From assembly GCA_977020255.1 (NCBI GenBank), contig CDROCS010001558.1, forward strand, positions 372,001 through 436,000: a DNA stretch of 64,000 nucleotides, given 5' to 3'. Both the position numbers and the translations under genes were made by a program. Origin of the DNA: Obrimoposthia wandeli. Its lineage: Eukaryota. Shown piece after piece: positions 1 through 11,382 of this stretch. The notes below the pieces were generated by a model. The model ran no database searches and was not told the origin of the DNA. It saw only the letters and a list, made by a program, of their open reading frames with translations. Position 1 is the first letter of the stretch. Each line of letters starts with the position of its first letter.

Positions 1-886
1 TCTCTAATGAAAATATTTTTTAGAATATTTTGATTTAATATTTTACAACAAAAATAATTTAAAATATATTCCTAAATTATGATTTTTAGTTTTTAAAATT
101 TTAAAAAAGGAAGAAGGAAAATTTATTGGACTTGTAAGAAGCCATTTCGCTGCCTCGCCGACGACAAATCAGAAGAAAGAAGTAGACCAGAAAAATCAAA
201 TCGGAAGAAATACTTTCGACATCGCCAGGAGAATTACAGTAGAAGAAAGAAAGGCTTGCAGAAAGAGGATCAAATTGCAACTGGATCAGGAATCTCCCCA
301 GAAACCCATTGACAACGTAAGACAAAGTAATTTGTTTTATTTGGTTTATAATTTTGATTGTTACACAAACGATTAAAATCTGCAACAAGAGCTGTTTTCC
401 ATATATTCATTGTAAAGAAATAAATATGATAAAAGTAAAGAATGTCTGTAAAAATAATAAACATATTACGTTCCATATCTTTACCACAATTAAGTAAGGT
501 ATGGGCAAAATTTTAGTTTTTTATTGGCATCTTGTCCGAGGGGAGCAGCAGATATTGTACGGGTGCCAGTCCTCGGACAAACACGTTAGTTGACGCTGGT
601 CTAGAGAACCTTCATTGAAAAGTCATAGTCAGAAATAACCTAGTGAGAGATTTGAGTATTTCTAAACGGAAAACTGAAATAGCTGGCTCGCGTTTGCAAC
701 AATACCGGCATTTCCTGCTTTCGTACAGATATCTCACAATCCTGTCAAGATGGAATTTTTAAGGAGAAAAATAAAGATATTATTTGTTAGACTCTGTAAC
801 TAGACTACAAAGAAATCTTCTGACTTCAAAATTAGGGTTCTATAAAAATGCCCTTACTCAAAAAGTACGTTAAAAATACGCCCAAT

Positions 887-1280
887 CAGGGGTGCATACA
901 GAAATTCTTATTTGGGATCCAAAAAATTGTTGTTTTTTAAATGGATTTCTTTATTTTATTATATAACAAAGTCTAGTTTTTTTTAGTTTTAGAAAACAAA
1001 TTTAAAATTTCATTTTCATCCATTGTAACACCTTCATAAATATATAATAAAGCTAGTCCATTTAATCTTTTTTGTGCAGTTGAATTTCTTAAATATGTTT
1101 TTAAGTATTTAATCGTTGAAAAAGACCTCTCTGTACTGCAGGTTGTCACTGGTAATGTTGTTAATATCTTTAAAAGTTGTAATATATTGGGAAATATTTC
1201 ATTTTTTATAAATTTTAACTTGAATTAGAAAATTTTGGGGGGTGCAAATGCACCTTTGCACCCCCCTAGTTGCGCTCGTG
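887..1280. mobile_element. hAT-like non-autonomous element (MITE)
   Basis: Flanked by near-identical 8-mers CGCCCAAT (879-886) / TGCCCAAT (1281-1288). Degenerate termini CAGGGGTGCATACAG vs revcomp CACGAGCGCAACTAG. Subterminal perfect 12-bp hairpin GGGGGGTGCAAA...TTTGCACCCCCC (1237-1266). No ORF. Confidence 0.5.
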
Positions 1281-2617
1281 TGCCCAATTAGAATTACAAT
1301 TTTATAAAAATTGTATGTTGAAAGGAATTTGTAAATGGACAATTTTAATACTCAGCGAAAAAATTAAACTTTATAAATAAAATTAAGTGGCAGTACATCT
1401 AATCACACCAAAAAGAATAAAACACTGTTGATATTTCTCACAAACACTATAAAAATCTAAAATACGCAAACATGGCTGAGGAAATATATTTTGATTACAA
1501 ATCTATAGAGTAGGTACTCATTCATTAATCAATTGTGATATTTTAACAATTTCTTACAGATATTTCAAATAAATTCATAAAATCGATTATTATAAATTAA
1601 TTTACTTAAGATAAAAGCAGAGTATTAATTACATGCAAAATTATACCAGTGAAATTTCTTCGGTTATTTCATTTGATATAATGTAATTTATACTTCTCTT
1701 TAAAAGAAACAGAAATGTATCATGAGGATATCAGATGTTGATAGAATAGTCAGTAAACCAAATGGACATTTGTGGTATCTGATTTTGGTCCTATGAAGCT
1801 AAAATACCATGCTCAGTGCATTTCATGCTATTGTTGATATACAAAAGCTCACGTTACTGCAACCTTTTGTATATCCTTTGGATGACAGAACGGAGTGGCC
1901 ATGATTGCTTTGCCCTAGGTGGCTGAGAGAGAAACATGAGAAAAATATAAAAACACACAAATGCACATAGATCAGGAAAATACACTACAACAAACGTTCC
2001 ACATAAGATTGGACCATCTAATGCTTGGTTGGTCCTCCCTTACGTCTGTCCTTGTTGGCTCATATGCTGGATTTTGGCTGGTTGTTACAAACTGAAGCTA
2101 GGATTTCTTTCCCTTATGTAAAACTACATTGGCAAAAGAAGTGGTCAATCCATGTAGCCGCTGGTATTCTTTGCAAATTGATTAACAACACAAGTACTGC
2201 GTTTTCGCATTCCCCTGTGGCTCTGATCGGCTTACTAAACTAAGCAAAAAGCTCGGATGAGAAATATTTGATCAATTACCATATTTAAAATACCTTACGA
2301 TGTTTGGCTTCATTTGCTTTTGTATTTTGTACAATGCTCTTTGGGAAAAAATTAAATGGGAATCAAGAATTACCTGGGTGAGATGTCTACGTCAAATAGT
2401 GACACTTTTATTATCAAGGGTTAAGACATTATCTGAAAGATGGCCTGAAGACATTAATATTTACCGTAAACATGTTGTTGAATCTTTATAGTCAAGGCAG
2501 GTTTTAAAACTGCACACATTTACTTATTTATATCAATATGAATAAATCGCTGAGAACTTATCCAACCATCCAAATATAGTAATAAAAAGTAAACAAAATG
2601 TCCCAACAAAATATAGT

Positions 2618-2953
2618 TTATTCTGAAGTTTTAGCTTCTGCAAGCTCTTGTAACTCGTCACAGAGGTTGCGAATAGCTTCTTTGGCGTCTCCAATTGTGT
2701 CAGCGGATCTGAGATTGTGATTCCCGGATGTAACAATGAAATTAGCAGTTCGGATCATGCCCCAATGTTGCTGCAGATTGCAATGCATCAGGATCATAGA
2801 CCGTATAAGAGAACCTGGCGTTTTCCTCTGTCTCATGGCCAAAAGAGCAAGGCTACCGCATTGAACTACCGTCTCCGCCAAAATTCCATCCATCCTTTCA
2901 AGTGGCTGCCTCGCAAACAGCAGCTCTAATTCCTGTGATTGAGATGCATTCAA
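2618..2953 (-). CDS. Orphan GC-rich ORF or exon fragment, product unknown
   Basis: 111-codon open frame clearly GC-richer than its flanks, like genuine exons in this window. No recognisable motif, TTG start, in-frame stop just upstream. Confidence 0.25.
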   Translation of the reverse strand: MNASQSQELELLFARQPLERMDGILAETVVQCGSLALLAMRQRKTPGSLIRSMILMHCNLQQHWGMIRTANFIVTSGNHNLRSADTIGDAKEAIRNLCDELQELAEAKTSE

Positions 2954-3823
2954 GGTTGATCATCGAGATTCGTCACAGAAAACATTATTAAAAAATATTA
3001 GTTGTGATTTTAACCCCTTACATATTAGTTAAAAACAAATCATATTAATTTACACAACATGAAACAACACATAGTAGCTAATATTAATCACATGGATCCT
3101 GTTGACAAATAGGAGCATAGCAGTTATTATACCTGAAAAGATCATTTTCAAAATAACAATTTTGAAAGCAAACGGTTAAAGTATAAAATGTTATTTTAGT
3201 GAACATGACATCGTTGAACAGTACTAAAGGTTATATTTTTAAGTAGGAAACTTAATTTTAAACATTTCTAAGATAATTTTATCTACCTAACATTAATCAT
3301 TGTATAAATTAAAATAAAACACTATTTTTGAAAACTATTTAAATTTTAGATAATATTTGGTTTATACATTTTGACTAAATATTTTGTGTATCACTGATAA
3401 TGTCTAGAATTTATGTTCATTTTTAAATGTTTGAAGTAAATTTATTCCAATAAAAAATATAAAGTTTGGTAATTACAACTTGATCAATCCAAAACATCAG
3501 CTTTCTTATACCCATGGTATATAGTCGGTTAGCTAAAATATAGGTACCACGGGTAAACAATGTTTGTGCCCCATCTGTCAATCGCGTATTGAAGAGAGCA
3601 TTTCCAGAATTTAGAGGATAGTGACTTTGATAAGCAAAAGCATTTTTGTGAGTCCTTCTCAAAGAACAAGAAACTCCCTAACTGTGTCATCGAATTGTTA
3701 GTCCAAATCTTACAACACAGAGTCCTCTAAAAACACTTGAAATCACTCTTTAGCTAAATAAAACTCATCAATATGGCATAATTTGTCGTGACTCTTATTG
3801 AAAGTATTCTGACAATTTTGTTG

Positions 3824-4927
3824 TTAAACTTGATGTTTATTTTTCCATTTGCAGATACTGACCTGGCCATCAGCAGGGCTACGTTCTAATCGAGTTTCAA
3901 GTTCGAGTACAGCATTCTCGATGAATTCTTTTCGCTGATGTAGAAGTATAAGTGAATCTGTGAGACCAAATCTGGTTTCCACAAACTCCAGCATTCGCTT
4001 TGAATCATTTGCACCTGAGTGGGTGATCTTGCCGTGACAAGCGCTCAGTGGACAACGAGGCAATCCGATAATTGCGTTCTCAACCATACAAAAGCCACAC
4101 ACACGATGGCCACAGCTTAGTAGAGCATCCGTCTGCTCTATCGTAGAGTTGTCATTGCTACTGTAACAACCACACACCAGACAGGAGCCTAGCTGCTCTG
4201 GCCACCACAAATCTCTAGGACAATGACAGAGTAGTGGCTCAAATTGCAGAGCCAATGATTTCGCGGCATGCCACCGTCTCCTAGCAACTGTTACCAGGGT
4301 CGTTGCTCTGCACATATTATTGAGTCCACGCAGAATTTGCAGGTCACGTTTCCACACACTTCTTTTCAGCATTTCTACATCGACTTCGCGATCTTCTGCT
4401 GCCTGTAAGAAACGATATCGTTCAATTCCGACTAAGGACTTTCCGTTGCAAGGAGCTTCTTCATTGCTCTCGACACAACCTTTGTTGCTCGAACCATTCA
4501 GACTGGTAGCAGCAACTCCTGTCTGTTCATCCGCTGTGTTTAGTTTCTCAAGCTCTGATCTGATCGCCTCCATTTTCGACACCATTTCCATGTAGATCCA
4601 GTCTGGGTCCGCCAAAATCGCAAGCACATTTTCATCCCCAACCACGAATATCTCACTGACGACATTCCTACCGACCTCGTGGGCCTTATCGTCGGTCTTC
4701 TGCATCACCAGCACAGGTTCTATGGTAACTCGACGACAAGCTTGGCAACGAGCTCTAATAATCTCCTCTGATCTGTAGGTAGCTTGGAAACAGTCCATAC
4801 ATAGACAGTGGCCGCATGGAAATTCGGTCCACTCATCTACATCACTGAACTCTGTGTAGCACAAAAAACAAATGTCATGATCTATTTCTTCTTCAAGATC
4901 GTGTTTAATTTGAAAATTCTGTGACAT
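3824..4927 (-). CDS. Intronless protein with two RING fingers (putative E3 ubiquitin ligase)
   Basis: 367-aa ATG ORF. N-terminal C3HC4 pattern CFLC...CGHCLCMDC...CQAC. C-terminal CLVC...CGHRVCGFC...CPLSAC. Coiled-coil-like middle. GC-rich versus flanks. Confidence 0.85.
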   Translation of the reverse strand: MSQNFQIKHDLEEEIDHDICFLCYTEFSDVDEWTEFPCGHCLCMDCFQATYRSEEIIRARCQACRRVTIEPVLVMQKTDDKAHEVGRNVVSEIFVVGDENVLAILADPDWIYMEMVSKMEAIRSELEKLNTADEQTGVAATSLNGSSNKGCVESNEEAPCNGKSLVGIERYRFLQAAEDREVDVEMLKRSVWKRDLQILRGLNNMCRATTLVTVARRRWHAAKSLALQFEPLLCHCPRDLWWPEQLGSCLVCGCYSSNDNSTIEQTDALLSCGHRVCGFCMVENAIIGLPRCPLSACHGKITHSGANDSKRMLEFVETRFGLTDSLILLHQRKEFIENAVLELETRLERSPADGQVSICKWKNKHQV

Positions 4928-7161
4928 ATTTTAAACTAACTGCAGCAAATCACAGAAAATCTTCTTGTTTATTAATTTATTTAATGTAATCTTTTTTTAG
5001 GAAACGTAAACATTTTTCCGCATTTTCTCAAAATTAAATTGCTGATTTTCTTCAAATAAATGCATTTTTAATATAATTACGCAATCTAGTATAATATCTA
5101 CACCTAAATACTTCGCTAATTTTCTCTGAACATCTAATACTGTTGACTGATTTCACGAAGCCCAATGTTCCTTTCTTACTTTTCTTAGGTTGAAATTGTT
5201 TAGTTCTACCTAATGCTAGAATCTCATGTTTCAATAATTTTTTTTACCTACGTCCCATTTATGTTTAACAAATATTAATTATGTATTTAATTATACTTTG
5301 TATATTTTTGTCTTCAATTTCATAATACTTATAGAATATTTTAATTTTATTCCTATGTAATGTTTCCTTGCAACCGATTAATTAATTTATTTTTTTTACA
5401 TAATGATATTTTTATTTTACCAAAATAATAACATAACATTTTAAAAAGTAAAATCAAAAAGTGAAAATACCAAATTCAAAAAATCTGCTGCCTTCGATAA
5501 AGAATTATATTTGAAACAGTTTATAAATTAATGGAATATGGATATTAAAATTAAAAGCAATAATGAGAGAGTATAATTCTAGACATAATTGTGGTGGACT
5601 ATCATATGATTTTTCCCAAATAGAACATTATCTCAGAATGAAACAATTGGAACCAAGAGAACTAAAAAGGATAACAGTATTATACTGCTGATACTTGGGG
5701 TAAAAAGCAGATATACTAAAAAATCTAACAAACAATGTAACCCTTGTTTAAAATAATATTTATGCTTTATGTCACCTATACCGGTGTTTTCTGCTAAGGA
5801 GTGCAGTTTATTTCAAAGACAGAACTTGACGAAGAATTAGTCGTTTTCAACGTGTACCCCGAGAACATCAACCCTTAAACGATTTCGAGGATGATTGAAC
5901 ACAAATACGATTGTAGCAAGATTTCATTGCATGTTGCTATATGATAACATTATGCTTAAATGGGTCTATAAAATAAAGGTTTATCAATATTGATGTATAT
6001 AAACAATGTGGAGTTACAAAACAAATCTGTGTTTCATTATTGATACGATATTGGTCGAAAGATCTTTCATTAAGCACAAATAGTTTTTTTCTCCTTGCAG
6101 AAGAAGTTTAAGGAATAGAATTTGAAATCAAAAAACTTGAAGAATTTATTTAAATTGAAATTTATGATATCATTAGACTTGTTTTATGTATTTTTCTACA
6201 TAAATTGTATAATTTCTCAGTTTTTAGGGTGATCAAATAGTAACCGAAATAAGTACATTTAGCCAAAATAGATCATCTAAAAAAGGTTTAATAATGACTG
6301 AAGTTTACACTAAAAATGACTGAAATTTCATTTCTTACTTCACAACAATATAAACCAATATTTAAAGATACTATTATTAAAGCATTCACAATCATTATTT
6401 GACTGACATTCACTTCTCAAAATGTCAATCACATTTACTGATACGCTTCTAAAACCTCATCTTGTGATTTGGGTTCAAACTAATTTTCGGTATTCGTTTT
6501 TCAGTTTCTATTCTGGCTACTTGTGTCCCATTGAAGTTATTTCTTTCTGGACAGAGCCTATCGGTATTTGAAATGTTTCTGTGCAACTTCTCCGTCGGTT
6601 GAAATTTGTTTCAGTTATAATCGCTTCCCGGCATGTTTTCACTGAACATTTTGCCTCATAATTTTGAGCATAATGTGTCTTCCATAATGTCTTTGTCTTC
6701 ACACACTCAGATTTTGGTGCATAGTTCATGCTTTGTGCATTCATGTTGGTGGTATGGATAATTATCATGGATTCAGATGATGTTTGTATAATAAAAATAA
6801 ACTACAACATATATATTCATGTTAGTGGGATGTGGTTCGTAAATATCGGTAATTTTAAAAAATTGAAAACAAAAATTTCTTGTAGTATTTTTGATATATT
6901 GTTGTTGGAGAAATTAATAAATAACGGTGTTTGTCAAATTGAAAATATCTATTCAGTTAATGAGATTTCAATTTTTTGTGGTTCTAATAATTATGGCTTT
7001 TTCAAAAATAATAAAATAGCGTTCTGATTTTTTAATGCCAGTAATTTTGTATATAAAAGTAATTCGGCAGCTGCTCTCACACGCAGACACATTCACACTG
7101 GCTTGGTAAATACTAAATATGGACAAAATCTGGATCCTAGAGAAATAGTATATAGTGTCGA

Positions 7162-7216
7162 TACTAAACCAAAGGAACGGAGCCCTTCCCCCGGGGGCTG
7201 TTCCTTTGGTTTAGTA
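7162..7216. repeat. Strong hairpin (17-bp perfect stem plus inner 5-bp stem)
   Basis: TACTAAACCAAAGGAAC (7162-7178) is the exact reverse complement of GTTCCTTTGGTTTAGTA (7200-7216); inner AGCCC/GGGCT. Confidence 0.9.
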
Positions 7217-7297
7217 CCAACAATATAGTGCCTAAATGTCTATATATAGTCATTTTTAGTCAAAATGACATTAAATGGCTTAAAATTACTCATCGAA

Positions 7298-7487
7298 TCT
7301 CGAAATCATGCATAGTAACTCAAGGCAATAGGTCCCCCAGAGGGTACCCTTTACTGCAAAACCATTTTGACGCTTTATGCACGATTTCCAGACTTGACCA
7401 AAATTTAGTCTCGAAATCGTGCATACTAACTCAAGGCAATAGGTCCTTCCCTGGGGGCTACCCTTTACTGCAAAACCATTTTTGACG
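7298..7487. repeat. ~75-bp direct duplication at the outer edge of the left Polinton TIR
   Basis: TCTCGAAATC(A/G)TGCATA..AACTCAAGGCAATAGGTCC...TACCCTTTACTGCAAAACCATTTTGACG occurs at 7298-7372 and 7409-7487. Confidence 0.85.
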
Positions 7488-7683
7488 TAGTATGCAATAT
7501 TTTAAGACTTTTTTCAAATATCGCGTTATTTCTTACCGTTTAAACAAAAGTAAATTAAGTAAATGATTTTAAGTGACCAAATTCTTCTTTGTGGAGCCTC
7601 CTAAAAGGTGAGCCTTTCATCCGAAGACCGGTGAGCACCTTTGGCAAAGAATATATATTTAGATTAATTTTGTTTATAGTAAA
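7453..7683 (+). repeat. Left inverted repeat of the Polinton remnant
   Basis: Aligns by eye along its length with the reverse complement of 13436-13663 (shared blocks CCCTTTACTGCAAAACCATT, TAAGTAAATGATTTTAAGTGACCAAA, TTCATCCGAAGACCGG, CTTTGGCAAAGAATATATATTTA). Confidence 0.9.
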
Positions 7684-7918
7684 AAGACAATAACACTCAC
7701 TAAAATCAATATATATTAAACTTTCTTATGCCCTTCAGTAATTATTCAAATAGGCTTCTATATCCCGAGTCTATCGACTTTGAATCCTTGAATTTGAATA
7801 AATAAAATCAAATATTTGCTTTTGGGAAATTCTTCGTCAGAGTAAGTATATATTCCTTTGAACAGATGTTCATCAGCTTTAATAAAAGCACTGAAGTTTT
7901 CAATTTTAATATTCAATT

Positions 7919-8209
7919 TCATTCTTTTGAAAATAGCATTGATATTATTAATGTCCGTTTGATGGATCCTTGAATGACATGATCAAACTTGGACTTTGTT
8001 AGCATAACATGGTAATTAAATCCAAAGGGAACAGGCATCTTGAGGAAATTCATTGTATAGCTGAAATAAGGTACAGATTCTTTAAATAGGTCTTCTTTTT
8101 CTCCATTGAAAATATATTCTAATTCTGTATCATCATCAGAATCTATCGGAATTGGGTTAACTTTAGTTGTATTTAAAATGTCATTCTTCCTCTTCTCCGT
8201 GATCTTCAA
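7919..8209 (-). CDS. Hypothetical ORF inside the Polinton remnant
   Basis: 96-codon ORF divergent from the TBP-like gene; no motif recognised. Confidence 0.25.
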   Translation of the reverse strand: MKITEKRKNDILNTTKVNPIPIDSDDDTELEYIFNGEKEDLFKESVPYFSYTMNFLKMPVPFGFNYHVMLTKSKFDHVIQGSIKRTLIISMLFSKE

Positions 8210-8356
8210 AATATTTTTTGTAAATTGAACATGATGAATGAGAGTAAACTGAAATGTTTCGGTAGTTATAGTTGACTACTTGAATCTGATTGGTTGATTC
8301 TCATTGGTTAATATGAAACTATATATGTTTGTGACATCATCAATTATTATCACATA

Positions 8357-8828
8357 ATGAAAATAATCAATATAAATTATAAAGGTAAATTTAAGAGAAG
8401 TGTTAGTCACTTACCTTTTCGATCAAAGAAACCTATACAATATGTTGAAAAGTTAAAGGATTATACTATAGTTATATTTCCAAAAGGTATTATTATTATT
8501 ACTATTATTATTAATATTTAGGCTCATGCAGAATTATGGGTTGCAAACAACCAATCAAACATGCTCAAAATATAGAAATTGAACGTATTCAATCTCTAAG
8601 TATCCTAGTGAATATCAACAAGAAGGTTAATTTGTATAATATATCTATGAAAATGGGAAGAAATTGTATGTTTGATTAAGAATTGTTTCAGCGCTTAGAA
8701 TTTTAAAGTATAATCCTATATGTGTTAATGTGTTTGCTAGTGGAAAAGTGATTATTCATGGTATTAAAGATTTTGATTATAATTGTCAAGTCGAGTATAT
8801 TGTATTTTTTCTTGAAAGTTTCTTATGA
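8357..8828 (+). pseudogene. TATA-binding-protein (TBP)-like gene, 2 exons, in the Polinton remnant
   Basis: Exon 1 8357-8486 (MKIININYKGKF...TIVIFPKG), 35-nt GT-AG intron 8487-8521, exon 2 (SCRIMGCK...FD*ELF/ALRILKYNPICVNVFASGKVIIHGIK). Both TBP repeat signatures are present (canonical LIFSSGKMVCTGAK and YEPELFPGL...LIFVSGKIVLTGAK). One premature stop and one 1-nt frameshift. Confidence 0.78.
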
Positions 8829-8950
8829 ACAAATTTTGATTTTGATTTTTCAAAAAATGTTTGTAGATTATATACTTCATTATAAAACTGTTAATAATAT
8901 TTAGTTAGACAAAAAGTAGATTATTGTTTTAACGTTTTAAAGTTTTACAT

Positions 8951-9720
8951 GTGAAATATATACGTGAAAGTAAAAGATTGAAATCGTTATTTATAAATTT
9001 TAACGGGAAACTATCTGCATATGATTTAGCTAAAGCCGGATTTTATAAACATGATGATGATTCAAGCGATAAAGTAAAATGTATATACTGTCAAGGAGCA
9101 ATATCCGATTGGGAATGGTATCTTAAACCAATGAAGCAACATATGAATTTTTTAAATTTTTTTAAAGTTAAATGTTTCAAATGTACCAATAATTGAAACT
9201 AGTAATAAGATAATTGATTTTGATACATCACCATTGATTGGAAAAGTATATGTATCAGATATTGATGTAAATTACTTGATATATGTTATTCAAAAAGTTT
9301 AGGACCCTATAATGATGCTAATATTATTGAGAAAATCGAAACAGATTGTATAATTAAATATCCTATAACTACAGAAAAATTCGATATGTTGATGGATACA
9401 AACCAAATCAGGTACTTGAAAAAAAAATTACAAAAGATATAATAAAATTTGTTTTAAAATATAAAATTATGCGGTATGGGGAATACAAATCACTATTTGA
9501 AATGATTTGTGATTTACATTATTTAGAAATAAAACATGAAAAACAATAAATAAATATACTTTCATACATGTTAAAAAAACCTGAATGTGTAGTATGTTTA
9601 AATAATCATATTGAAGTAGTATTTCTACCATGCGGACATGTAAATACATGTATTTCATGTTCCAAAAGGTTAGATTTATGTCCAGTATGTTGATATTTAA
9701 TTGAAAAGAGAGTAAGAAAT
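8951..9720 (+). pseudogene. Inhibitor of apoptosis (BIR + C-terminal RING), viral-IAP-like architecture
   Basis: BIR motif RLKS...LAKAGFY...DKVKCIYCQGAISDWE...H (8951-9196). IAP-type RING CVVCLNNHIEVVFLPCGHVNTCISCSKRLDLCPVC (9586-9690) followed by a premature TGA; linker disrupted. Confidence 0.82.
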
Positions 9721-9750
9721 GTAAAATTTCATGGTATAAACAATTGAAAT

Positions 9751-9960
9751 TTGGTGATTTATACAAGAATGGAGAAAAACGATAAATTAGTTGATAAAAC
9801 TGTTGAGGAAATTATAAAAGGAACAATAAATGGTGTTCAATACTTTTCAAGTTTTAATGAAGATAGTCGTGATCATTTTAAAGAAATAATTCGCTCACAT
9901 GTCTACAGAGATCTCAAATGGAAATTGGATTTTGAAAATTTCATTAAGATTATTTGTTAA
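9751..9960 (+). CDS. Small hypothetical Polinton ORF
   Basis: Short ORF packed between IAP and ATPase on the same strand; no motif. Confidence 0.25.
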   Translation: MVIYTRMEKNDKLVDKTVEEIIKGTINGVQYFSSFNEDSRDHFKEIIRSHVYRDLKWKLDFENFIKIIC

Positions 9961-10076
9961 AATATGATGTATATAACTTTTTCTGTATAAATTTTTAATT
10001 CATTTTTGGTGTATATATTAATAAAATACTTATAAACAATATTCTTATTCTTATACTTATTCTTCTTCTTATTATT

Positions 10077-10707
10077 ATGAAACTTAAAAATGATGCGGTA
10101 TATCAGATAGTGGGACTCAGTGAGAGTGGGAAAACACATTTTGTAACTAAATTATTACAAAACAATAAAATGTTTAATAATCGATTTAATAAGATTTATT
10201 GGCATTATGGTGATGTTTGCGAATCCGGGTTAACTAAAAGTGAATTATGTAAACTTAAAAACATAAAAATTATCAATGGTTTCGATCAAAACTGGTTAAA
10301 ACGGTTTATACGTGATGATGTTATAGAAAAATTTATGACTTGTATGATGAAGCAAATAAAGAGTCAAACTTTAATAATTTATTCACTAAAATAGCAAGAC
10401 GCAACTGTATTACTGTAATTTTCATTACTCAAAATCTATTTCATCAAGGCGGTAAACATAGAACAGGTAATTTAAACGTCCATTACTTGGTTTGTTTAAG
10501 AATCCTCGCGATCAAACAGTTTTTGACTATGTTTCACGTCAAGCATTTCCTAATTACAGGCAATATTTGATCAATTCATTTCAAGATGCAACTAAAAATC
10601 CCCATGGTTGCTTGTTTCTTGATTTTACTCAATCATGTTCTGATGAATTGAGAATAAGAACAGATATTTTCAACAAATGTATGGTGTATAAACAAAAACA
10701 AAGATAA
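10077..10707 (+). pseudogene. Polinton A32/FtsK-like DNA packaging ATPase (frameshifted)
   Basis: Walker A GLSESGKT, then YDLYDEA...LFTKIARRNCITVIFITQNLFHQG...LNVHYLV/FKNPRD...ATKNPHGCLFLDF...LRIRTDIF across three frames; typical Polinton ATPase motifs. Confidence 0.9.
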
Positions 10708-11029
10708 TATTTCTTTAAAATGAATTTCGAAAAAATACAAATACCTAATTATGTTGATACAAATTGGAAACCTGGAAAGCTAATCGAGTAAAAACATTGA
10801 TAAAAACAGTTTTGAAAGGAAGTCGAAATGCTGATCGCATTTTTAAAAAGAAAACAAAACCGACTACTAAAAAGAAACGTGTTAAAAATAAAACATGTAC
10901 TATGAAGGTAGTTAAAAAGACAAAGAATTGGATTGTAATTGATAAAAAGAGAAAACAAAAAGAAGGTTTTAAACAATTTTCTCAATAAGACTATAAACAA
11001 TTAAAGACTATAAATTCACATGTACAAGG

Positions 11030-11355
11030 AGCATATAAGGTATAAGGCGCATCTTGAAAATATCGGAATTTTCGATATGAAATACACGTATAAGGTGCAT
11101 TATCTGTTTAAAAATATGCTTGAAAAAATTCAACCAAAGAATCTCAACTATTCATTTATTTATCACTTTATATAACACTTTATCACTTTATAATTATAAC
11201 TTTTGTTAGAGATCAATCGTAACCTTGCAAAAAATAGCGTCTTTAATGTACTTTTTCGTGCGAAATTTTGAAAATAACTTCAACTTAATATATCTTAGGA
11301 ATTTTCGATATGAAATACACGTATAAGGCGCAGTGGTGTATAAGGTGCAGCCCCT
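11030..11355. mobile_element. Fragment of a Tc1/pogo-type MITE-like sequence
   Basis: Multiple TATAAGG(C/T)GCA motifs and a duplicated GGAATTTTCGATATGAAATACACGTATAAGG block; ends not resolved. Confidence 0.3.
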
Positions 11356-11382
11356 AATTTATTTATAAAAATATGTAAAAGA

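Noticed and set aside
526-580. HDV-like ribozyme
   Set aside because: P1/P2-like order is present, but there is no P3/L3 (UYC.CG), P1.1 or J4/2 catalytic C motif.
6517-7027. Short ORFs upstream of the Polinton TIR as viral genes
   Set aside because: No motif recognised with confidence; overlapping opposite-strand short ORFs are expected by chance.
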